Assembly (NCBI GenBank): GCA_020635855.1
Contig: JACJYZ010000004.1
Span: forward strand, 361,628-425,627
Source: Flavobacteriales bacterium
GTDB lineage: Bacteria; Bacteroidota; Bacteroidia; JACJYZ01
DNA: 64,000 bases
Direction of reading: 5' to 3'
A program made the translations under genes and the position numbers. The notes beneath the pieces were generated by a model. It searched no databases. It was not told the DNA's origin and saw only the letters and a list, made by a program, of their open reading frames with translations. Positions 39,192 to 47,518 of this stretch are shown piece by piece; positions within the stretch are counted from its first letter, which is position 1, and every line of letters starts with the position of its first letter.

Positions 39192-39764
39192 CTAGGCGGG
39201 TATGTTCAAAAAGGAACGTACCACACTTTCCGCTTCCTCCAGGGCCTTTTGCAGGTCATCGTTGATAATGATGTGGTCAAACCTGGGGGCGTATTCCATT
39301 TCCATGCGGGCCCTGGCGAGGCGCTGTTTCAGGGTTTCTTCGGTTTCCGTACCTCTTCCGCGTAATCGCTTTTCCAGCGCATCCAGCGACGGGGGACTTA
39401 CGAAAACCGCCAGTGAAGAGTCGGGAAAGGCTTGCTTGATATTGAGAGCGCCCACCACATCCACGTCGAAGATCACATTCCGCCCCGCAGAAAGCATGTT
39501 TTCCACTTCGGTGTGCAGGGTGCCGTAAAACAATCCCGGGTATACCTCTTCCCATTCCAGGAAGGCCCCTTCGTCCACCTTCCTTTTGAAAGTGTCCTGG
39601 TTCATGAAATGATAATCCACGCCATCGGTTTCGTGCGCACGCATAGGGCGGCTGGTGGCGGAGACGGAGAAAGACAAACCCAGGTTCTGCTTCAGCAGGT
39701 GTTTTACCAGTGTGGTTTTACCGGCACCCGAAGGAGAAGAGAATATGATGAGTTTGCCATCCAT
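39192..39764 (-). CDS. gmk: Guanylate kinase
   Basis: P-loop SSPSGAGKTTL, then SATSRPMR..E.DGVDYHF. 190 aa. Confidence 0.95.
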   Translation of the reverse strand: MDGKLIIFSSPSGAGKTTLVKHLLKQNLGLSFSVSATSRPMRAHETDGVDYHFMNQDTFKRKVDEGAFLEWEEVYPGLFYGTLHTEVENMLSAGRNVIFDVDVVGALNIKQAFPDSSLAVFVSPPSLDALEKRLRGRGTETEETLKQRLARARMEMEYAPRFDHIIINDDLQKALEEAESVVRSFLNIPA

Positions 39765-39766
39765 GC

Positions 39767-40639
39767 TTAAAGGATATTGGCCACCTGCTCTTTTACTCTT
39801 TCCAACTCCTCTTTCATCTGCACCACAATTTTCTGTATATCGGCGTTGTTGGCCTTTGAACCGATGGTGTTGATTTCGCGGCCGATCTCCTGGGATATGA
39901 AGTTCAGTTTCTTTCCACTCGATTCGCGACCCTGAAGGGTTTCGATGAAGTAATCGCAGTGGATCTTCAGGCGGGTCTTTTCCTCGGTGATGTCCATCTT
40001 TTCGAGGTAATAGATCAGCTCCTGTTCGAAGCGGTTCATGTCTACGGACTCGCCACCCTCCATTTGCTTGAGTTGAGTTTTGATGCGATCCTTGACCGTT
40101 GTGATCCGCACCTTTTCCGGTCCTTCGATGTTGTTCAGCAGGCGTTTGATGCTCAGTATCCGTTTGATGAAGTCCTCTTCAATCACTTTACCTTCCCTCA
40201 ACCGGAAATCGTCGAGCATGGCAATGACCTTCTTCAGGGCATTGAGAATCTGGAACCACTCGTTCTCATCGGTCTCGCTTTTCTCATTTTGGATCACATC
40301 CGGCAAACGCATCACCATGGACATGATATCGTTCTGGGAAGCCCCCAGTTCAGCGGTCAGATCCACCATGTCATTGTAGTAGGCGGCGATGACGTCCCGG
40401 TTGAGGACCTGATTTTTTATGTTGGATGCACTCTCCACAAAGATGTTGAGTTCAACCTTTCCTCTCTGCAACCACCTGGCCAACTCGGTGCGTATTTCCG
40501 GTTCCTTGTCGCGCAACATGGCCGGCAACCGTACACCCAGATCAAGCTGACGACTGTTCAGCGATTTGATCTCAATATGTACCGACCTGTTTTGTAGGTC
40601 ACACACGGCCTTTCCGAAGCCTGTCATTGATTTGATCAT
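39767..40639 (-). CDS. yicC: YicC/YloC family endoribonuclease
   Basis: N-terminus MIKSMTGFG with the C-terminal motif LNFISQEIGREINTIGSKAN. 290 aa. Adjacent to gmk, as in many bacteria. Confidence 0.9.
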   Translation of the reverse strand: MIKSMTGFGKAVCDLQNRSVHIEIKSLNSRQLDLGVRLPAMLRDKEPEIRTELARWLQRGKVELNIFVESASNIKNQVLNRDVIAAYYNDMVDLTAELGASQNDIMSMVMRLPDVIQNEKSETDENEWFQILNALKKVIAMLDDFRLREGKVIEEDFIKRILSIKRLLNNIEGPEKVRITTVKDRIKTQLKQMEGGESVDMNRFEQELIYYLEKMDITEEKTRLKIHCDYFIETLQGRESSGKKLNFISQEIGREINTIGSKANNADIQKIVVQMKEELERVKEQVANIL

Positions 40640-40705
40640 ACTCTTATTTTTTGCTAAAATAACAAATAGGTGAGGTCTGGCAATCGCCTTTCACAACCGG
40701 TTGGT

Positions 40706-41626
40706 TCAGGCAGCATTTGCAGATTTAACCGAAGCAGGGCGGCTCACCAGAAAAACACCGGTGAATATCAGCACAGCTGCAATGATCTTGTCTGTTGTCA
40801 GGCTATCCCTTCCCAATGACAACGCAATCACCGACGCAAAAAACGGCTGAAGGTAAATGTAAAAACTAACCAGTGATGGACTGGCCGTTTTCAGCGCGAC
40901 AATGTTCAGCAAATACGCGAGAAAAGTGGTGCCGATGCACACGTACGCCACCCCCACCCACTGGCGGGTTTCCATCGCATCCCACTTTGCATGCATGAAT
41001 TGTTCGTGCCCGAACGGTAACACAAACAGGGAGCCGAAGAAAAAGATCCAGCTGATGACCACGAACGGACTGTGTTTGCGCATCATGGGCTTCACCAGGA
41101 TAAGGTAGATGCTGTATGAAGTGGCATTCAGGAATACCATGAGATCACCCTTCAGTGTATCAGATCCGAAGGAAAGGTCTTTCCCATAGAGAATCAGGAA
41201 TGCCGCACCGGAACATCCCAGCAGGATCCCGACAATCTTGCGCATGGTCAGCACCTCCTTCAATACCAGCACACCCATGAGTACCACCATGATGGGACTA
41301 GAGATCATGATGATGGATGCATTGATCTCATGTGTAAGCGCCAGTCCGGAAAAAAACAGCGATTGGTTGAATGCAACCCCGAACATCCCACAAAGGGCCA
41401 GCAAGCCATATTCCCTGGCAGTGAAGGCAGCACGTTTATGCCTGAGGCTAACCAACACGAACAACACCAGGGCAACGGATGCCCGTGTAACCACGAACCC
41501 GAGCGGTTCAATGAAGTTCGGCATCAAACCCTTGGCCACCGTATAGTTGCCACCATAAATCAGGTTGGCGCCCAACAGCGCAAGGTGCGCACCTCTTTCT
41601 TCTTTTCTCAAAACAGCCATATCCAC
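40706..41626 (-). CDS. EamA/DMT-family transporter
   Basis: 306 aa with about 10 TM segments arranged as two EamA-like halves. Confidence 0.8.
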   Translation of the reverse strand: MDMAVLRKEERGAHLALLGANLIYGGNYTVAKGLMPNFIEPLGFVVTRASVALVLFVLVSLRHKRAAFTAREYGLLALCGMFGVAFNQSLFFSGLALTHEINASIIMISSPIMVVLMGVLVLKEVLTMRKIVGILLGCSGAAFLILYGKDLSFGSDTLKGDLMVFLNATSYSIYLILVKPMMRKHSPFVVISWIFFFGSLFVLPFGHEQFMHAKWDAMETRQWVGVAYVCIGTTFLAYLLNIVALKTASPSLVSFYIYLQPFFASVIALSLGRDSLTTDKIIAAVLIFTGVFLVSRPASVKSANAA

Positions 41627-41798
41627 ACCCGCCGGATGGATCCGGTACCTCGGATTTTAATAAGGAAAAACCACAATTGGGACGGGGCAAATATCTGTAT
41701 TTAATTAATACCTTTGTTTGATCTTCCTCGTCCTTTCCCCACCAACCAGGCCTGGCCGGCAACGAAGGAAGGGAGAGGTTCATTAATAGTGTGGTATT

Positions 41799-42971
41799 AT
41801 GAAATTCGAAACCAAGGCGATCCACGCCGGACAAGATCCTGATCCGGCAACAGGGGCGATCATGACCCCGGTTTATCAAACCTCTACATATGTTCAGGAA
41901 AGACCGGGAATGCACAAAGGATATGAGTATTCCAGAACTTCCAACCCCACGCGCAAGGCACTGGAAGATAACCTGGCTGCACTGGAAAACGGTAAGCACG
42001 GACTTTGCTTTGCCAGCGGACTGGCAGCCATTGATGCGGTACTGAAACTGTTGAAACCAGGCGATGAAGTGATTTCCACCAACGACCTGTACGGAGGCAC
42101 CTACCGTATCTACACCAAGATTTTCTCCACTTACGGCATCTCATTTAAGTTCATCGGCATGCGCAATGCCGAAGACCTGGAGTCGCATATCACACCTCAA
42201 ACCCGGCTGGTTTGGGCGGAAACACCCACCAACCCGCTGATGAACATCATCGACATCCGTAAGGTGGTGGAGATTTCCAAAAAGCACGGTTGCCTGGTAG
42301 CTGTTGATAATACATTCGCTACGCCATACCTGCAAAGTCCTCTTGACTTGGGTGCCGATATCAGCATGCATTCGGTGACCAAGTACCTCGGCGGACATTC
42401 CGACCTGGTGATGGGCGCACTTATTTGCAACGACGATGCATTGAAAGACCGCCTGCATTTCATCCAGAACAGCACGGGTGGAGTGCCGGGACCGCAAGAT
42501 TGTTTCCTGGCCCTTCGCGGCATCAAAACCCTGCACGTGCGGATGGACCGCCATTGCGAGAACGGAGAAAAAATCGCCAGGTACCTGAAAGCACATTCCC
42601 AGGTAGATAAAGTTTATTGGCCCGGGTTTCCCGATCATGACAACCATGAAGTAGCTAAAAAACAAATGCGCGGTTTCGGTGGCATGATCTCATTCACATT
42701 GAAGGGCAATCAGATGGACCAGGCACTGGATCTGATCTCCAATACCAAATGGTTCTCCCTGGCAGAATCCCTGGGCGGCGTGGAATCCCTGATCGGACAC
42801 CCCGCCTCCATGACACACGCCGCTATCCCCAAAGAGGAAAGGGAGAAAAACGGGCTCGCGGATACGTTGATACGCCTGAGCGTGGGCATTGAAAATGCAG
42901 ACGACCTGATTGCAGATCTTGAACAAGCCATTGCCAAAGCAACCACACAGCAGGAATTCATTGCACGATGA
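41799..42971 (+). CDS. Trans-sulfuration PLP enzyme (cystathionine gamma-synthase / beta-lyase / gamma-lyase family)
   Basis: N-terminus MKFETKAIHAGQDPDPATGAIMTPVYQTSTY. The PLP-lysine motif is HSVTKYLGGHSD. The C-terminus is LIRLSVGIEN..DLIADLEQA. Confidence 0.9.
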   Translation: MKFETKAIHAGQDPDPATGAIMTPVYQTSTYVQERPGMHKGYEYSRTSNPTRKALEDNLAALENGKHGLCFASGLAAIDAVLKLLKPGDEVISTNDLYGGTYRIYTKIFSTYGISFKFIGMRNAEDLESHITPQTRLVWAETPTNPLMNIIDIRKVVEISKKHGCLVAVDNTFATPYLQSPLDLGADISMHSVTKYLGGHSDLVMGALICNDDALKDRLHFIQNSTGGVPGPQDCFLALRGIKTLHVRMDRHCENGEKIARYLKAHSQVDKVYWPGFPDHDNHEVAKKQMRGFGGMISFTLKGNQMDQALDLISNTKWFSLAESLGGVESLIGHPASMTHAAIPKEEREKNGLADTLIRLSVGIENADDLIADLEQAIAKATTQQEFIAR

Positions 42972-43666
42972 AAGCAAACAAATTCGCCGTGATCGGATTG
43001 GGGCAGTTCGGAACTGCCATCGCCAAAACCCTTGCCAACAGGGGCGCCGAAGTAATTGCCATCGACAACAACGAAAACCACATTGAGAACATCCAGGACG
43101 ATGTGGCCTATGCCGTGGCCCTGGACGCCACCGACAAGAAGGCACTGAAAGCCCAGAATATCCAGGACGTGGATGCTGTGGTGGTAGCCATCGGTGAAGA
43201 TTTCGAGGCCTTGTTGCTAACCACGGTTCTGCTGCAGGAACTCAAAGTGAAAAGGGTGATCGCCCGCGCCAATGACCCGCACCAGCGGATGATTCTTGAA
43301 AAGATCGGTGTCAACGAAGTGCTTTCACCGGAAGACGAAGTAGGTCTGGTGGTGGCGGAACGACTGCTGAATCCCAACGTGGTTTCCTTCCTTCAGCTTC
43401 CCGACGATTACGAAATCGTGGAGATCCGAACACCAAAGGGCATCGCCAACCGCACACTGGATGATGTGGACCTTCGCAACAAATACAACCTGAACCTCAT
43501 CACACTCAAACGCGAGTTCGAAGTGACCAAAGACGATGAGGTGATCAAGGAACAACACGTGATCGGCGTGCCCAAACCCGAAACCGTCTTGTACGAAACC
43601 GACACCATCATTGTGTTCGGAAGGGCCAAACAAATCGAACGATTCATCGAAATCAACCAGCAATAA
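42968..43666 (+). CDS. TrkA/KtrA-like RCK protein (TrkA-N NAD-binding plus TrkA-C domains)
   Basis: The GxGxxG motif (FAVIGLGQFG) is followed by a C-terminal RCK_C-like segment. ATGA overlap with the upstream PLP enzyme. No membrane K+ transporter partner lies in the window. Confidence 0.85.
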   Translation: MKANKFAVIGLGQFGTAIAKTLANRGAEVIAIDNNENHIENIQDDVAYAVALDATDKKALKAQNIQDVDAVVVAIGEDFEALLLTTVLLQELKVKRVIARANDPHQRMILEKIGVNEVLSPEDEVGLVVAERLLNPNVVSFLQLPDDYEIVEIRTPKGIANRTLDDVDLRNKYNLNLITLKREFEVTKDDEVIKEQHVIGVPKPETVLYETDTIIVFGRAKQIERFIEINQQ

Positions 43667-43690
43667 CCGGCCGAAACACTGGTTTTTTTT
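43655..43690 (+). terminator. Possible rho-independent terminator
   Basis: AACCAG / CTGGTT 6-bp stem with a long loop (18 nt), followed by an 8-T run that starts within the 3' arm. The stem is weak and the T-tract is strong. Confidence 0.45.
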
Positions 43691-43836
43691 GCTATTTTTG
43701 GGTGTGGGCATTGTCTTTGCCCCGCAGTGTGTGTATTTTTAGGAATCGAATTCCATATTTTTTTTGTTAGTTCGTGTGTCCGATGGGTGGCCTCATCGCC
43801 CAAAACTCTTTTCGTGTATTGCATAAATTCACCGTC

Positions 43837-45945
43837 ATGAAACAACTTTTGACTTTTGTTGCTTTGCTTTTGATCCCGGGTTCTTTCACGTATTTACATG
43901 CACAGGAAAACCCATCACCGGAACCTTGTTTGACCCACGTGATGCAAAAAGAAGAGGAAGCCAAAGATCCATCGATTGCCATAAAGCGCGCCGAGCTGGA
44001 ACGCTTCACACAAGCCTTTGTGGAACAACGAAAGCAAGCAGCCACAGGCAAAACCTCCGGCGCCGTTAAGATCATACCGGTCGTGGTACACGTGATTCAT
44101 GAAGGTGGTGCGGAAAACATATCGGATGCACAAATCCAGGACGGCATACGGGTGCTCAACGAAGACTTCCGTCGCCTGAACAACGATACCAACAAAACAC
44201 AAAGCGTGTGGAAATCCATCGCTGCCGATAGCGAGATCGAATTCCGACTCGCCCAGAAAGACCCCAATGGAAATTGCACCAACGGCATTACGCGAACCTA
44301 TTCAGAACTAACCAATGAGGCCCGGAACAATGTGAAAGGCCTGATCGTCTGGCCGGCCAACAAATACCTGAACGTATGGCTGGTCAAAACCATCGAGAAT
44401 ACCAGCGGAACCAGTGGATTCATTATCGGGTTTGCCCAATTCCCCGGTGGAAACTCATCTACAGATGGTGTGGTGGTTCGGAACGACTACTGGGGTGTGA
44501 TGGGCACAGCCAGCCAAACCTACCGTGGCCGTACCGCCACCCATGAAGTAGGACACTGGCTGAACCTTCGGCACATTTGGGGCGATGCAACATGTGGCAA
44601 CGACCAGGTATCCGACACGCCGACCCAGGAAGCATCCAACAGCGGATGCCCATCATTTCCGCATGTAACATGCAGCAACGGACCGAACGGCGACATGTAT
44701 CAGAATTATATGGATTACAGCAACGGCAATTGCGAGAACCTGTTCACCGAAGGTCAGAAAGCGAGGATGCTGGCCACGCTCAACTCTTCCACATCCGGCC
44801 GGAACAACCTGTGGAGTTCATCCAACCTGGCCGCCACGGGTACCGACGGTACACCCGCTACCCTGTGTACGCCCCATGCCGAATTCGAGAGCAGCACCAT
44901 TTACCTGTGCGAGGGCGATTCCGTTCAGTTCTTTGACAAGTCATGGAACGGCAAACCCAGTTCATGGAACTGGACATTTTCAGGAGGTACCCCAGCCAGT
45001 TCAACTGACTCCACGCCGTATGTGACATATAATACCGCCGGCACTTACAACGTATCTCTCACCGCTTCCAACAGCACCGGCTCCGATGTGGAACTCAAGA
45101 CCAACTACATTGTGGTTAGTCCGGCAACGGCTGTGGAGAAAGTAATGCCGTTCACAGAAGGTTTTGAAGATGCAACCTACGTCAGCAACAACTGGGTAAT
45201 TGAGAACCCGGATGCAAGCATTGGCTGGGAACGTACGTCTGCCACCTCCTACTCAGGCTCGGCATGCCTGCGCTTACGCAACGACCTGAACGCTACCAAC
45301 CACAAAGACCGGATCATTAGTCCGACATACGACATCGATTCCATCCTGTCTCCCAAGCTCACCTACAAAGTTGCATTCGCGCAGAACACTTCATCTGACA
45401 ATGACAAACTGAAAGTGTACGTATCTACCAACTGCGGAAAATCTTGGGCCTTGCGAAGTCAGAAATCAGGCACACAGTTGGCCACTGTGTCGGCGCAATC
45501 CTTTGAATTCACACCTTCCGGCACATCCGACTGGCGTGAAGAAACCGTCAGCCTCGGCCCCTATGCAGGAGCTGATAAGATAAGGGTGATGTTCGAATTC
45601 ACCGGTGATGGTGGAAACAACATCTACTTGGACGACCTTAACCTGTCCGGAACCGGCTACATCGGCATAGGTGAACAGGATGCGGATGCCATTGGAATGC
45701 GGTTGTACCCGAATCCGTTTTCGGATGAAGCCACCCTCCAATTTCATCTGACCCACCGTTCAGCTGTTGATATCAATGTGTATGATGTCACGGGAAGGGC
45801 GCTCTATACCTTGCAACCGTCTGCACTCCTTTCGGCAGGAACACATACATATGCCCTTTCGGCCAAACTGTTTCCCAAAGGCATCTACTTCATACATGTG
45901 AATACGGGAGATCATGTAGCCACCACGCGCATGGTCATCCAGTAG
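43837..45945 (+). CDS. Secreted M43 (pappalysin/ulilysin-like) zinc metalloprotease with PKD-like domains and a T9SS type-A C-terminal sorting domain
   Basis: Start at ATG 43837, with signal peptide ...FTYLHA|QENP. The zinc motif is HEVGHWLNLRHIWGD. The C-terminal segment LYPNPFSDEATLQFHL...DINVYDVTGRALYTL...GIYFIHVNTGDHVATTRMVIQ is typical of Por/T9SS secretion tails. Confidence 0.85.
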   Translation: MKQLLTFVALLLIPGSFTYLHAQENPSPEPCLTHVMQKEEEAKDPSIAIKRAELERFTQAFVEQRKQAATGKTSGAVKIIPVVVHVIHEGGAENISDAQIQDGIRVLNEDFRRLNNDTNKTQSVWKSIAADSEIEFRLAQKDPNGNCTNGITRTYSELTNEARNNVKGLIVWPANKYLNVWLVKTIENTSGTSGFIIGFAQFPGGNSSTDGVVVRNDYWGVMGTASQTYRGRTATHEVGHWLNLRHIWGDATCGNDQVSDTPTQEASNSGCPSFPHVTCSNGPNGDMYQNYMDYSNGNCENLFTEGQKARMLATLNSSTSGRNNLWSSSNLAATGTDGTPATLCTPHAEFESSTIYLCEGDSVQFFDKSWNGKPSSWNWTFSGGTPASSTDSTPYVTYNTAGTYNVSLTASNSTGSDVELKTNYIVVSPATAVEKVMPFTEGFEDATYVSNNWVIENPDASIGWERTSATSYSGSACLRLRNDLNATNHKDRIISPTYDIDSILSPKLTYKVAFAQNTSSDNDKLKVYVSTNCGKSWALRSQKSGTQLATVSAQSFEFTPSGTSDWREETVSLGPYAGADKIRVMFEFTGDGGNNIYLDDLNLSGTGYIGIGEQDADAIGMRLYPNPFSDEATLQFHLTHRSAVDINVYDVTGRALYTLQPSALLSAGTHTYALSAKLFPKGIYFIHVNTGDHVATTRMVIQ

Positions 45946-45956
45946 TTGGCAGGCAT

Positions 45957-45993
45957 AAAAAAAACCGGAGTCCGATGGGCTCCGGTTTTTTTT
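45957..45993. terminator. Bidirectional rho-independent terminator between convergent genes
   Basis: An A8 run, then stem CCGGAG / CTCCGG (6 bp, 9-nt loop), then a T8 run. It can serve both the M43 gene (+) and the minus-strand operon ending at 46009. Confidence 0.7.
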
Positions 45994-46008
45994 ATGCAGT
46001 AGTTCCGG

Positions 46009-46455
46009 TTATTCCTTGAATCCGACCAGGATGGAAACGCATCCTGTGGGCACCATTGATACGGCCTTCCCGCTTTCAGATCGCTTGGGTACATTGATCT
46101 CCACAATGATCTGCTGGGTTGATTTCACATTGAAGTCCCAGGAGTTGGCCATGTCGTGTTGTGTGTTGTCAAAGATAAGGTTGCGGTTGGCGTCCATCAG
46201 ACGGAATTCCACATCACCTATCACTTCCTGTGCACAGACGGCCACACGATAATTCTGTCCGGCGTAGAAGGTGAGCAGCAGTTCTGCCGTTTCTCCCTCA
46301 GCCAGGATGGCGCTGTTAAGCTGACCGTTGTGTGTATAGGGTGAAAGGATGGGATTACATACTTTCTTGGTGAACGCTTTGCATTGTGCAAAGCCGGATG
46401 CCGGCATAAGCAAGGCAATTGCCAAACACAGATTCAGGAACCATTTTGCTTTCAT
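46009..46455 (-). CDS. Secreted protein of unknown function (about 148 aa, predicted beta-rich)
   Basis: ATG at 46455. Signal peptide MKAKWFLNLCLAIALLMPASGFA|QCKAF. I recognise no motif. Confidence 0.65.
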   Translation of the reverse strand: MKAKWFLNLCLAIALLMPASGFAQCKAFTKKVCNPILSPYTHNGQLNSAILAEGETAELLLTFYAGQNYRVAVCAQEVIGDVEFRLMDANRNLIFDNTQHDMANSWDFNVKSTQQIIVEINVPKRSESGKAVSMVPTGCVSILVGFKE

Positions 46456-46482
46456 AACCAAATTTTTCTAGCTGTACGGAAA

Positions 46483-47460
46483 TCAGTTAACTTGAATGAT
46501 GCCATTCCGGATGGATGCGATTTTTTCCGATACCATTTTAAGTGTGGCATTATCCATGGGAGGTGTACCCCCTCCGTTGATCGTGGTCACTCCGGCATTG
46601 TTGTCGGTTTCCGTTGTAACTGCTGAAACTTCGCCGGAGGCATTTTTCTTGAATGTATTATCCAGATCCACAAGTTGAAGCAATATTTCGTTCACCTTTT
46701 CATCTTCCTTGTTGGCCTCCAGTAAACCGATGAGGTTCTGCAGTGAACTGTGTTGGTCGGAGATCCGGCTTTTGATCTGCTCATTGTTGCCGGCCTGGTT
46801 GGCCAGTTGTGAAGAAACATACAGGCCTTCAATCCAACCACCGGCAATCACCAGGCAAGACATGTTGTAACGTTCACTTTCTTTCAGGTAGCTATCGGAT
46901 GTCCAATAGGCATCGCTGATGATCTCCATGACTGAATCGCGGTTGTCTTTGTTACGCTCCAGACGATCTACGGTTTGATCATCAAAGGCACCCGAAATTC
47001 CCAGCATCTCAGAAAGCTTCCTGACACAGCTGAGATACAGGAGTGATTCCTGGGCCTGATCAAACATGCTGGTATAACTCAGGTCTGCACCATAGATGCC
47101 CAGGTTAAGTGCCTGTTGATAAGAGGTGGCATATTTGTCCCTGTTGTCGATCGGGTTCAACAAATCCGCATTGTATACCGCACCCGCATTTTTAATGAGC
47201 ACGGCCATTTCCAGCGGAGAAGGAATCGCGTAAAAAATCTTGCGGGTGTTCTCATCCATCTTCTGCTTGCTCTCATCCACTGCGGCATCCGGCGTATCCA
47301 TGTTGTCATCCATGGTATCATTGCCGTTACCGGTACAAGCTGCCAACATGGTGAAGAGCAACATAAACAGGGAGATGTTTATGCTCTTTCTGCTGTAGAT
47401 TTTCGTCGTGGTTTTTCTCAACATATTGATTTTCATATTCAATGCGGTTTGTCTAAACAA
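46483..47460 (-). CDS. Putative lipoprotein of unknown function
   Basis: Lipobox-like ...LFTMLAAC|TGNGND, followed by a mostly helical sequence. The start is ambiguous (47460, 47436 or 47424). Same strand as polA and 58 nt downstream of it. Confidence 0.65.
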   Translation of the reverse strand: MFRQTALNMKINMLRKTTTKIYSRKSINISLFMLLFTMLAACTGNGNDTMDDNMDTPDAAVDESKQKMDENTRKIFYAIPSPLEMAVLIKNAGAVYNADLLNPIDNRDKYATSYQQALNLGIYGADLSYTSMFDQAQESLLYLSCVRKLSEMLGISGAFDDQTVDRLERNKDNRDSVMEIISDAYWTSDSYLKESERYNMSCLVIAGGWIEGLYVSSQLANQAGNNEQIKSRISDQHSSLQNLIGLLEANKEDEKVNEILLQLVDLDNTFKKNASGEVSAVTTETDNNAGVTTINGGGTPPMDNATLKMVSEKIASIRNGIIQVN

Positions 47461-47518
47461 ACGTACATAATTTTTTAGTCATGCAAACAGAGTCAAAGGC
47501 TTTCGGCACGTCCCTCCG

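Noticed and set aside
41627-41798. Possible SAM riboswitch upstream of the trans-sulfuration gene, suggested by GC-rich palindromes (CCAGGCCTGG, GCCGGC) and GGCAAC
   Set aside because: There is no P1 helix, and the GGGAC.GGCCC and CCGGCAACC SAM-I arrangement is absent. The similarity is limited to a few bases. A covariance-model scan (Rfam RF00162, RF00521) would settle it.
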